From the NCBI GenBank assembly GCA_019894855.1, contig JAGXNS010000003.1, positions 10,024-74,023 on the forward strand: a stretch of DNA of 64,000 bases, written 5' to 3'. Position numbers and translations under genes: made by a program. Shown one piece after another: positions 28,015 to 37,402 of the stretch (the first letter of the stretch is position 1; every line of letters starts with the position of its first letter). The notes under the pieces are model-generated. The model was not told the DNA's origin. It did no database searches and worked only from the letters and a program-made list of their open reading frames with translations. Origin of the DNA: Promethearchaeota archaeon (GTDB taxonomy: Archaea > Asgardarchaeota > Lokiarchaeia > Sigyniarchaeales > SOKP01).

Positions 28015-29640
28015 GTGATTCTACTCATTAATAAAAATAGGACCGAGATTAAAGTAGGGGAGGATAAGATTTTTATCGAAGATCAATTCACTTTGGTACA
28101 AGGAAAATTTAAGCTTAATCAACTCCACGAATACTATAGTGACGATTATCTTCAGATTCAAGAAAATCTGGATTTAATTCCAGTAGAGAAAATTATTAAT
28201 GTAATTTCAAACGAATCAAATAGTTTATCTGGTTTAACAAATTTTACGAAAATACTCAACCTCCTATCAGGTTATAGTAAGATCGTTGAAAATAATCTAG
28301 AAATCTACTTAAAATTTAGTAAAAATATAGAAATTTTGTATACCCTCTTTAAGTTAATTTATTTCTCAGCAAAAAAGAAAATCCTGTTTAAAGAGTTAGA
28401 ATTATCAAAAATTCGTAAATCTTCAAGCAATATCTTAGCGATTGTAGATTTAATGAAAAGTTTGACCGAATCTATAAATAATTATAAGGTGAAATTGTCC
28501 TACATCAAAGAAGATTATTTTCAACGTAAAAATCAAATTGATAAAATCAAGAAAGATCTAACAACTTGTAAAACCCTAATTCAAGAACAATCTCAAATTA
28601 AAAAAAATTGCTTTAATCAAATTAATAAAATTACTAGACAATTAGAAGGATCAAAAACAGAAAATGAAGATAATTCTTTTTTAAGTTTAGGTATTGAAAC
28701 AAATTTAACGAATTCAGAGAAGATTAGAGCCCTTCAAAAAAAAGCAAAAGATACTCAATATGAAAGTAACAAGATTAGACTAAGAGCAAAACAATCACAA
28801 GCAGAATTCGAGGAGCTATTACCAAATTATGAAATTTACCGAAATGATTATGAAGAAATTTTAGAAACCATAAACAAAGAAGAGAAAAGATTGAGGCAAG
28901 CTCAAAAGAATTATGAAAAGGAACTTAGAGAAAATGAAGAAATTCAATTTGGAAAGACTGAAGAGTTACTCTCACAACCTATTAGACCATATTTAGAGAT
29001 TGAACATGAAATACTAAAAGTTGAATCTGAACTGGATAATTTATCGTTTCCCACCAATTTAAAGAAGAAAAACTTTCTAAGTAATATGCCCTTAATGATA
29101 GAGAAGTTTAAAGAAATTGACGCTATCCTTAGAAATCACGATGAAAAAATAAATATTAACGCAAATGAAGAAGAAATCGAAGAATTTTTTGAACAGTTTC
29201 GTATTTTTGAGAATCTTATTAATGACATTGAAAATATTACGAATAAATTTCTAAAAACAATTCAACTCCAAGTACAATTTAACCTCGTTACAAACAAAAT
29301 GAACACTGCTTTCCTGATAAAGACGGATTTCGCAAGAAAATCCAAAATTCGAGTAAATTTTGAGAATTTAACTACTCCTGAAAAAATTTTTTTCATAATT
29401 AGTTTTTTTATCTCGTTCAAAGTTTTGTTAAATTCAAAAAATATTATTTTTTCAAATTTATTTATTCTTCCTATATATAATACTAAAGGTGGTTCAATAT
29501 TTAGAACCATCAGGAAAATTATACCATTATTTGAAACTGACGAAAATTTATCTGATGTGAGTATTATATTGCTTATGTCAAACTTAGAGTTGAAAAAAGA
29601 TATCGATAATTTGAAAATTATAAAAGTAAATGAGAGATGA
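28015..29640 (+). CDS. SMC/Rad50-like coiled-coil protein with degenerate ATPase head motifs
   Basis: The N-terminus FTLVQGKFKLNQL sits where Walker A (GxNGSGKS) would be. A central coiled coil of about 350 aa follows. The C-terminus NLTTPEKIFFIISFF..IIFSNLFILPIY sits where LSGGE and Walker B would be. Confidence 0.35.
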   Translation: MILLINKNRTEIKVGEDKIFIEDQFTLVQGKFKLNQLHEYYSDDYLQIQENLDLIPVEKIINVISNESNSLSGLTNFTKILNLLSGYSKIVENNLEIYLKFSKNIEILYTLFKLIYFSAKKKILFKELELSKIRKSSSNILAIVDLMKSLTESINNYKVKLSYIKEDYFQRKNQIDKIKKDLTTCKTLIQEQSQIKKNCFNQINKITRQLEGSKTENEDNSFLSLGIETNLTNSEKIRALQKKAKDTQYESNKIRLRAKQSQAEFEELLPNYEIYRNDYEEILETINKEEKRLRQAQKNYEKELRENEEIQFGKTEELLSQPIRPYLEIEHEILKVESELDNLSFPTNLKKKNFLSNMPLMIEKFKEIDAILRNHDEKININANEEEIEEFFEQFRIFENLINDIENITNKFLKTIQLQVQFNLVTNKMNTAFLIKTDFARKSKIRVNFENLTTPEKIFFIISFFISFKVLLNSKNIIFSNLFILPIYNTKGGSIFRTIRKIIPLFETDENLSDVSIILLMSNLELKKDIDNLKIIKVNER

Positions 29641-30161
29641 TGAGAGATCAAATGGAAGCTGTGAATTTTGAAGAAATAGTGAAAAATATTGCTAAAATTA
29701 TTCTAACAAGCCCCCAAAAAATGATTAGAGAAGAAGATCTCCTGATTTTAACTAAGAACTTGGATTTTGAGCAGGTGATAAACGCTGTTTATTCAAATTT
29801 AAAAAATGTAGGGTTTGAATTTATTAAATCGAAGTTCTTAGATCAAAATTATTACATTTTAACTTCTGAAGGAAAAGATGATAGAGTTACTCCATCACAA
29901 TACGGAACTCTCGTCCTAATCCTTGCGCTTAGCAAAGAATTGGATGATAATTTAGACATGGATGACCTAAAAGATATTTTTAAAGAAGTATGGAATACTG
30001 ATATGAAATTTTTAATCGAAAACGATTATTTAAGGAAAATCGAAGATCAAAATATATTAAAAATAACGCCATTAGGAAAAGCGCTATTAAAAAATATAAT
30101 TAAAGATATTGAATTAAAAAACCTATTGGAAGCCTTTAAAAGAAAAAAAGAAACAGCATAA
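29637..30161 (+). CDS. Tandem winged-helix protein (ScpB/KITE- or Vps25-like architecture)
   Basis: Two WH-like halves (IAKIILTSPQKMIREEDLL...NYYILTSE and YGTLVLILALSK...ILKITPLGKALL). ATGA overlap with the upstream SMC-like gene. Confidence 0.35.
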   Translation: MMRDQMEAVNFEEIVKNIAKIILTSPQKMIREEDLLILTKNLDFEQVINAVYSNLKNVGFEFIKSKFLDQNYYILTSEGKDDRVTPSQYGTLVLILALSKELDDNLDMDDLKDIFKEVWNTDMKFLIENDYLRKIEDQNILKITPLGKALLKNIIKDIELKNLLEAFKRKKETA

Positions 30162-30181
30162 GTAAAAAAAAATAGATTTAC

Positions 30182-30565
30182 CTATTCCTTGTCTAAATCG
30201 ATTTTAAATTGGTCGTAAATTTTTTTCACGCGATCAGCAGTAGGGCCAGTGCCTCTCACACCATCTTCATTTACGATAATTTTCCCATTTAAAATAGAAA
30301 TAATGTTTTGGTCTTCAATGTGATTTACATGCCCTTTGGAAAAAATTGTTGCAATTCTGTCTGCTAATGCCTGCATAGGAAACGGTTCTTCTTCAACAGT
30401 TACATAACGATAATACGAACTTCTAATCATTAGTTTTGGGAAAACTTTACCTTTTTCATTTTTAACATTTGTAAGAATGAGATTACTGTCCTCTGAAACT
30501 CCTTTGAGTTGACCTACGAAGAATTTATCATTATCAAGATAAACTTTAACAATTTTATCAATCAA
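30182..30565 (-). CDS. Sm-like (LSm) domain protein with a C-terminal extension
   Basis: KIVKVYLDNDKFFVGQLKGVSEDSNLILTNV matches the Sm1-like pattern. Confidence 0.5.
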   Translation of the reverse strand: MIDKIVKVYLDNDKFFVGQLKGVSEDSNLILTNVKNEKGKVFPKLMIRSSYYRYVTVEEEPFPMQALADRIATIFSKGHVNHIEDQNIISILNGKIIVNEDGVRGTGPTADRVKKIYDQFKIDLDKE

Positions 30566-30689
30566 TAAACCTAATTCGGTATTATATTGCCTTAGACTAA
30601 TATTTCAACACCTTCAATAAAAAATATTTTTTGTTTTATTATTATACTTTTATTTAAAATTTAACCAATCTATTACCAATCTCTATTAA

Positions 30690-31349
30690 TTAATCGGAGA
30701 ATAATTCTTTTATTAATTCGGGTATGTTTTCATCTGTAATTGCACTGGTTGTAAATATTTTTATATTCGGATTTATTTCTAATGCATCACTAATCATATT
30801 TTCAATATTTACATCTATCACATCGACTAGATCAACTTTGTTAATAATAGCTACATCTGAAAATTTAAACAACATCGGATGCTTTCGAATAACCCATGGT
30901 CCTTCCGTAATAGACACTACGACTATTCTTTTATCAGTACCTAAAATAAAATCTGAAGGACATATTAGATTTCCTACATTTTCTATAAAAATTACATCGT
31001 ATTCACTTAAATCCGAATTCTTTATCACTTGAGAAATGTGATAAGAATTTAAGGCACATTCCCTGCCAGTGTTTATCTGGATGGTTTTTACACCATGTTT
31101 TTCTATACGATCAGCATCAATTCTCGTAGTTACATCTCCGTTTATTACTAAAACTCTTCTATTTTTAGAAATCCTCTTAGAAATTGACTCTAAAATCGCG
31201 GTTTTTCCAGCTCCTATAGCTCCAACGACATCAAAAGAACGAATATTATACCTTTTGAGCAACTCTTTATTTTGAGCTGCTAAGTTATCGTTATTTTCAA
31301 TTAAATCCTCATTTAACTCAATTATTTTTGATAACTCTTCTTCTGGCAT
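30690..31349 (-). CDS. hypB: Hydrogenase nickel-incorporation GTPase HypB
   Basis: G3E family motifs GAIGAGKTA, ENVGNLICP, INKVDL. Confidence 0.8.
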   Translation of the reverse strand: MPEEELSKIIELNEDLIENNDNLAAQNKELLKRYNIRSFDVVGAIGAGKTAILESISKRISKNRRVLVINGDVTTRIDADRIEKHGVKTIQINTGRECALNSYHISQVIKNSDLSEYDVIFIENVGNLICPSDFILGTDKRIVVVSITEGPWVIRKHPMLFKFSDVAIINKVDLVDVIDVNIENMISDALEINPNIKIFTTSAITDENIPELIKELFSD

Positions 31350-31450
31350 TAATAAAACTCAATTAATAGATAAATCAATAATGATAAAAAAAATAGCATT
31401 TATTCGTTGATATTTTTTTCGGATTTGAGTTATAACAATATCATAAATAA

Positions 31451-32350
31451 CTATCGATTTTTCAGTTTGTAATTATAAACGAGATATGAAGCGAGGATTC
31501 CCCCCAAATCAGGAAGATAAATTAATAGGGCTGGAGGATAGTCAATAGCAAACAATAAACCGGGAATTAACTTTATTAATATTAAGACGATTATAATGGT
31601 TTTCCCTTTCATCCTTATCGGCATAAAAAAAATTAAAAATGTCATTTGTCGTTTCCAATTTATAAATATCATGAAGCAGATAACACCTAATAAAGCACCC
31701 GAGGCTAAGCCATAAGGGATTATTATTACAAACCCAGGAGGTATTAAGAGCATCTCCACTATGATCCATAATATAAAATAAACCAAACCAGAGAATAATG
31801 CGCAAACCAGATACAAACGCAGTAAGAATTTTGTTCCAAAAGCCTGTTCAATATTTTTAATAATCATGTAGAAAAAAAGTATAATGATAAATAGAAAAAA
31901 TAATTCAAACAAATTAGAAATATAACTCACAAATACTGATGTAACAAAAGTCCATAACCAAAAATCTAAAAAACTGAGCCTACTTAAGGTTAAATACAAT
32001 GGATACGCTATACTCGCAATAGACAAAACAATTATCGCTATAATTAAGATTTTCGTTCCGTTATTTTGAGTAGGTTCAAATTTATAACTTTTATAAAGCT
32101 TAGTGGTTTTCTGCTTCTGCTTATCTTGTCTTTTCATATATTTCTTGAAATTCCTTGAAGTTCTATGCGAAGAAACACTTTTTGTTGGCGTTTCTCCTAA
32201 GCCTGAAAATGTATTCGGAATATGTTTTAGTTCGAAAGTGCATTTATGATTTTCAGGTAAGCGATGCTCTTTACAAAACGCTCCACCACAATACTTACAT
32301 TTGAACGGTAATAAATCAATCTTTTTCCCACAATGTTCGCAAAATGTCAT
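31451..32350 (-). CDS. AN1 zinc finger fused to a rhomboid-like membrane domain (catalytic His apparently replaced)
   Basis: Perfect AN1 pattern CEHC-x10-CKYC-x4-CKEH-x5-HKC. The rhomboid-like IEQAFGTKFLL and YGLASGAL (GxSG) are kept, but PDLGGILAS stands where AHxGG is expected. Confidence 0.55.
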   Translation of the reverse strand: MTFCEHCGKKIDLLPFKCKYCGGAFCKEHRLPENHKCTFELKHIPNTFSGLGETPTKSVSSHRTSRNFKKYMKRQDKQKQKTTKLYKSYKFEPTQNNGTKILIIAIIVLSIASIAYPLYLTLSRLSFLDFWLWTFVTSVFVSYISNLFELFFLFIIILFFYMIIKNIEQAFGTKFLLRLYLVCALFSGLVYFILWIIVEMLLIPPGFVIIIPYGLASGALLGVICFMIFINWKRQMTFLIFFMPIRMKGKTIIIVLILIKLIPGLLFAIDYPPALLIYLPDLGGILASYLVYNYKLKNR

Positions 32351-32536
32351 GGATTATACCTATAGCGTTGGAAAATACTAATTATTATTTATTGCTTTCT
32401 TTTCCTACATTTTTCTATATCTATTCTAAATAACCTTTGATCCTTCATATTTTTTTTTAAAATTTCTTATCACTCTCAAAACAAGATTGGACTTTAAAGG
32501 AATTAAACTAAATAATTATTGTTTTATCATTTATGT

Positions 32537-33496
32537 TTATGGAAGATAGAGATTTAGGCTAATGGAGGTATTCATAATAACCATTGTTATAATAAATAGT
32601 GGCACTAATGACCCAATCAATCCAAAATATACTTTTTTTTTCCATTTCCATATATTTTGCCCATCGAGAATTCCAAAGGGAATCATATTGAATGACCCTA
32701 ACATGAAATTTAAATACGCTCCTATACAAAAGATATAATTCAGTGGATATAATGACTTTGGAATAATAAATGAAATTAGAAACAATAGTGTGCCATACAC
32801 CAGATTTACGAAAGGACCTGCTGCTTTACATAAACCCGTTTTTCTGCTAATCTTGTCAAGACCTAAAACGACGACTGCTCCAGGTAAAGCAAACCTTCCA
32901 AGAGAGACTAAAGTCATCAGCAAACCATATGTAAGTAACCTAAATTTTGTCTGCAATTTAAAATGAACAGCTACTTGGCGGTGTCCTAATTCGTGAAAGA
33001 GAAAAGCAGTTACGTAAAAAGTTGAAAGAATAAACAAAGTCCAAAGATAGGTAGAACCTATACTGGAATAAAAGCTCATTATTCCTATGGCATAAATTAT
33101 TATCCCTGCAATTAAGAAATGAGTTAGTTCAGATTTATGAGCCAGAAATATACCCTTGAACGAGATTCCTGAGTCAGGATCGAAAGCATTTTCTGGAACT
33201 GCCTGTTCTTGCCGATACCAAGTATAAGTCCCATCGCTAGTACCTCGAATTACACCGTCTGCCATGCTGCTTTGTGCTACATTATGAGAAATTACTTGAG
33301 TAGGCGCTGTATATGAAGGAGTTATTTGCGAACCTTGATGTGGTGTGAAATTTAAGCTTTCAATAACAATATTACACTCATGATCAATAGGATCTTTATG
33401 AAGTGTGCAATAAGATTGGCCACATTTAGAACAACTAAACAATTCGGAAGTCTCGGTTCCACAATGATAACATACCGGCATTTTTTTTACTTTCAC
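32537..33496 (-). CDS. AN1 zinc finger fused to a site-2 protease (M50 family) membrane metalloprotease
   Basis: AN1 pattern CYHC-x9-CSKC-x4-CTLH-x5-HEC, plus the HELGH zinc site and NMIPFGILDG (NxxPxxxLDG). Confidence 0.75.
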   Translation of the reverse strand: MKVKKMPVCYHCGTETSELFSCSKCGQSYCTLHKDPIDHECNIVIESLNFTPHQGSQITPSYTAPTQVISHNVAQSSMADGVIRGTSDGTYTWYRQEQAVPENAFDPDSGISFKGIFLAHKSELTHFLIAGIIIYAIGIMSFYSSIGSTYLWTLFILSTFYVTAFLFHELGHRQVAVHFKLQTKFRLLTYGLLMTLVSLGRFALPGAVVVLGLDKISRKTGLCKAAGPFVNLVYGTLLFLISFIIPKSLYPLNYIFCIGAYLNFMLGSFNMIPFGILDGQNIWKWKKKVYFGLIGSLVPLFIITMVIMNTSISLNLYLP

Positions 33497-33659
33497 TTTT
33501 TTTATTTACTTAAGAAGAACTTATATATAAGTTATAAAGTTCAATCTTAATAAATTCTAACAGATTGTTTAATTAAGTGATTTCTCCCGCATTCTTAATT
33601 ACCATAAAATAATTAAATAACAATTTACCTACTTATTTATACAAAGTAACTAAAAATAG

Positions 33660-33914
33660 TTGAATATTACGGGGAAAAAAACAGTTTATTGCCCAACATG
33701 CGAACAAAAAGTCATTCTTAGAAGGAAGAATTTTGAACATATTTACCACGAAATACTTTGCTTCTCCGTCATCTTAACGGCTGGTTTAGGCTTTATACTT
33801 TATTTAATCTTAAAATACAGCAAACCAAAAGACAGATGCCCAAATTGTGAGGCACAGTTCGATCTCAACAATCTTTCAGATAGCAAAATTCTTGAAGAAG
33901 ATGTTACTAATTAG
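33660..33914 (+). CDS. Small LITAF/SIMPLE-like zinc-knuckle membrane protein
   Basis: CPTC, 16 aa, a hydrophobic stretch (ILCFSVILTAGLGFILYLIL), 8 aa, then CPNC. TTG start. Confidence 0.4.
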   Translation: MNITGKKTVYCPTCEQKVILRRKNFEHIYHEILCFSVILTAGLGFILYLILKYSKPKDRCPNCEAQFDLNNLSDSKILEEDVTN

Positions 33915-33917
33915 TAT

Positions 33918-34172
33918 TTACTGAACTTTCATTTCGTTTTTGCATCGTGGGCAAATACGATCTTTTTCTGATAATTCTTTTTTCATTAATACCTTTTTGT
34001 ATTTACATTTTGGTTTAGAGCAGATAAGAACAAATTTCGTCAATTTTATTGGTTCTTTTTCGCCTTTCTTTTCTATCGGCTGAGTCTTATGTTTTCTTGT
34101 TGATCTTCCGTCCTCTTTTTTCTCAGGTTTTTTTTCAGATCCTTCTGTTTTTATCCACTTATCTAATCCCAA
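33918..34172 (-). CDS. Small lysine-rich protein with a C-terminal zinc ribbon
   Basis: CSKPKC...CPRC. TTG start. Confidence 0.4.
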   Translation of the reverse strand: MGLDKWIKTEGSEKKPEKKEDGRSTRKHKTQPIEKKGEKEPIKLTKFVLICSKPKCKYKKVLMKKELSEKDRICPRCKNEMKVQ

Positions 34173-34304
34173 TTTTGTGTCACTTAATCATCTTTAACTG
34201 TTTAATTCTCTCAATATAAAAATAAAGTAATTGTTCATAAAATATAGCTCTCATTAATTAATATAAAAAGAATAAAAAAAAATGTTACTGATCGACACTC
34301 AAAA

Positions 34305-35546
34305 TTAATGCACTTGAACTTTTCCTTCAATCAAACGCTTCCGTAAGTCAATAAAGTACTCCTTGCTTAACATCTCTTCAGAAACTTCTTGAGCTATTTT
34401 ATCAATGCTCGCAAAGTTCACATTTTCAGCAGGGATCAGTTCTATCGAATTAACCCAAGGATCAGTAATAGGTCGTCCAATCTGGGAAAGTAATTTTACA
34501 TGTGCTTCTAAAATATCCCCTTCTCCTCTTTTATAGATTTCTCTACTCATTTCTGTGCCTAGAATGTTATACAATTTACCTACATGGTTTATCGGGTTTT
34601 TTCCACAAACCGCTTCCAAACTCATCGGTCTACAAGGAGTAATTAATCCATTTGATCGATTACCTCTTCCTACTTCACCATCATCTCCAGCTTCAGCTGA
34701 AGTTCCAGTTATCGTAAGATAAAGAATCCCTTTTTCCACTTTATCTCCCACATTTACTTGGCAAGTGACTTCGCGTTCGGGGATGATTTTAGACGCCAAA
34801 TCTAAAACAGCGTCTTTAATTTGATTTGTGTAATTAATATAATCATCGGCGTTATTGATGTATTTGCTAACCATAGCAGCTGCTACCGTAATTCCTACTT
34901 TATTACCGAGTCTTTCCGTCATAACTTTAATGTCTTCTCCCGAAGCTTTACATTTCTTTTTGAATTTATCTGAGTTAAGTAAATATTCCGCTTCTAATGT
35001 AATCTTTTCTACATCTGAATAGGGCGCATAACCCACTCCAAAGCTCGTATCGTTTGAAAGTGGTATGTCGTCTGTGTGGTGGGAGTCATCAAAAACTCCA
35101 GTTAAGTCTATAGATCCAGGTCGGACGGCATAATCGAATTGAATGTCTCTATTAAGGTCAAGATTCCTAAAAATTTCAGCGAGAACTTTTCTTTGGGTGT
35201 CAATACAAATAGTCGCAACTGGTATGTATTCTAATTTACTTTCAGTTCCACATTCAGTGAGGATTTGATTTATTGCTCTTCCCACTATTAAAAAATATTG
35301 TGGTTGAATTATTAATCCTCCACCAAATTCTGGTTTAGCAGTTCCCCCAACTAGTGCGGCTTTATCAACATTATGATGATAAACCCTATTGTAATTTTCC
35401 AAATAGTACACACAAAGTGCTCTCGAGCACGCATCGGCTACGGCGTCACACACGCTATCAGGGTGCCCCACGCCTTTACGCTCGCATATTTCCGGAAATT
35501 CACTTTTTTCGATCGGTAAAAAATTCGCTTGTGTAATTTTCAACAT
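34305..35546 (-). CDS. mat: Archaeal-type S-adenosylmethionine synthetase
   Basis: [17 protein letters not shown] near the N-terminus. Archaeal MAT length and layout. Confidence 0.9.
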   Translation of the reverse strand: MLKITQANFLPIEKSEFPEICERKGVGHPDSVCDAVADACSRALCVYYLENYNRVYHHNVDKAALVGGTAKPEFGGGLIIQPQYFLIVGRAINQILTECGTESKLEYIPVATICIDTQRKVLAEIFRNLDLNRDIQFDYAVRPGSIDLTGVFDDSHHTDDIPLSNDTSFGVGYAPYSDVEKITLEAEYLLNSDKFKKKCKASGEDIKVMTERLGNKVGITVAAAMVSKYINNADDYINYTNQIKDAVLDLASKIIPEREVTCQVNVGDKVEKGILYLTITGTSAEAGDDGEVGRGNRSNGLITPCRPMSLEAVCGKNPINHVGKLYNILGTEMSREIYKRGEGDILEAHVKLLSQIGRPITDPWVNSIELIPAENVNFASIDKIAQEVSEEMLSKEYFIDLRKRLIEGKVQVH

Positions 35547-35636
35547 TTTAAATAAACTCTATGTGAATGATATAAATAGTTATTTTAATTATGTGTCTTA
35601 AAAATTAATGACATTTATAAATAATTATTGATAATA

Positions 35637-35666
35637 ATATGCATGTTTTGCATGAAATATGCTCAT
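35637..35666. promoter_or_regulatory. GCATG-repeat motif in the divergent mat / HTH-CBS intergenic region (possible operator)
   Basis: atatGCATGttttGCATGaaatatGCtCAT. Confidence 0.25.
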
Positions 35667-35699
35667 AAATTATAATAATTAAGCTTTACGAATTTTAAA

Positions 35700-36266
35700 A
35701 TGGACGTATTACCAGATTCTTCACAAATTAGAAGCTTACGAAAGAGTTTAAATATTAGTCAAAAAGAGTTGGGAGAGAAATTAAGCATTTCTCAATCTAC
35801 GATATCAAGAATAGAAAATGGGACTATGGATCCCCCCTACTCGAAGTTTAAACAAATTTATGAATTTTTAGAAAATGAAAGAATATCTCGTAAACGATCG
35901 ATAAGACATGCCGTAGACATTCTTACTCCAGAAATTATATTCATAAATCCACATTCAACTGTGAGAGAAGCCGTAGAACTGATGACAAAATACAATATAT
36001 CACAAATACCAATTTTAGAGAATAATTATAATTATGGAAGTATTACTTCTAAAAAAATTCAGAAATATATAACTGATGATCCAGTAATTTTGAATCTAAA
36101 GGTAACCGATGTTAAAGAATTGCCTTTTCCAGAAGTAGAAAAAAATTGGAATGTAAAAGACATCTCAAGTTTATTGTTAAATTACTCCGCTGTTTTGGTT
36201 AAAGAAGACAGAAGGTATATAGGGATAATTACAGATTCTAATTTTCTTAAACTTACGAGTAAATAA
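35700..36266 (+). CDS. XRE-type HTH plus CBS-pair transcriptional regulator
   Basis: LRKSLNISQKELGEKLSISQSTISRIENG, followed by CBS-like repeats. Confidence 0.75.
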   Translation: MDVLPDSSQIRSLRKSLNISQKELGEKLSISQSTISRIENGTMDPPYSKFKQIYEFLENERISRKRSIRHAVDILTPEIIFINPHSTVREAVELMTKYNISQIPILENNYNYGSITSKKIQKYITDDPVILNLKVTDVKELPFPEVEKNWNVKDISSLLLNYSAVLVKEDRRYIGIITDSNFLKLTSK

Positions 36267-36391
36267 AAGAGCCCATATGTACAAACCGGAATTAAAGAGT
36301 TAATTTTTCTAATAAGTAAATCATACCAAAATCTTATATCACAATAAAAAAATTTTATTAAACTATTTAGCTTTCTTAGATTTGGGAATAA

Positions 36392-37402
36392 ATGAATAGT
36401 TCTATAATTGAAAAAATTGACGATTTGTTAAAGAGTGCAAGTTTTGAGACATTTAGGATAGATAACTTTTGCAATAAAAAAAGTAAATTTTGTTTTGATT
36501 TACTCGTCAAGAAGAACGATCTTATATTTAGCGTGAAAGTTTTTACGAACATCGATAATATAAGTGCTGAAATTGTTAACGATATTAAATCATTGTCTAT
36601 GTTGCTAAAATCTAAACCTTTATTAATAGGTTTAAAAAATCGGTACAACGAATTAGAAGATAACACTATTTATATTAGAGACGAGCTACCATTCATTACT
36701 TTAGCGACTTTAGAAAACATAATTGAAAAAGATTTATATCCCTACATTCTGGCGAGAAGAGGCGGTGGTATAATGTTTTTAAACGGAAATGTTATGAAAT
36801 TCATTAGAGAAAAGCAGGAGATATCACGAAAAGAATTATCAGAGTTACTTGGTGTAACAAAACGTACCGTATGTGCTTACGAAAATGAAAGCATGCGACC
36901 TTCTGAAAAAGTCGCTAAAAAACTATCAAATATCCTAGAAAATAAAGATCTCTTTAGGAAAATTAATCTTTTTGAATGGAATATCAAATTTGAGATTGAT
37001 TGGAAAGAACCCCGAGAGTTCACTGCTCGAAATCCTTTTGAAACTCACCTTCAAGCAGTTTTAGACGACATTGGACTTTGTTCTTATTGGTACAAAAATA
37101 GCCCAATTCCGTTTAAATTATCCTTATATTCCAAAGTCTCTAATGATAATAAGGAAAAAAATGTGTATCCTCTTTTTTCGGGCGTTTCAGAAGAGGATAA
37201 AAAGATTAACGAACTTAGTCTTAATTGCTTGAATAAGTTCAATAAATTATTTCATGTAAATTCTCTCTTTATAGTAAATAACGACATTAAAATACCAGAT
37301 TCGTTAAGAAAAATAAAAGTTCCTATTGTTAAAATTAGAAATTTAGAAAAAATAGATGACGAAGAGGAATTTATTGACCTCGTACAAGAATCAGGAATTT
37401 AA
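36392..37402 (+). CDS. Archaeal HTH (XRE-type) regulator, COG1395-like
   Basis: Central REKQEISRKELSELLGVTKRTVCAYENE. Confidence 0.55.
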   Translation: MNSSIIEKIDDLLKSASFETFRIDNFCNKKSKFCFDLLVKKNDLIFSVKVFTNIDNISAEIVNDIKSLSMLLKSKPLLIGLKNRYNELEDNTIYIRDELPFITLATLENIIEKDLYPYILARRGGGIMFLNGNVMKFIREKQEISRKELSELLGVTKRTVCAYENESMRPSEKVAKKLSNILENKDLFRKINLFEWNIKFEIDWKEPREFTARNPFETHLQAVLDDIGLCSYWYKNSPIPFKLSLYSKVSNDNKEKNVYPLFSGVSEEDKKINELSLNCLNKFNKLFHVNSLFIVNNDIKIPDSLRKIKVPIVKIRNLEKIDDEEEFIDLVQESGI

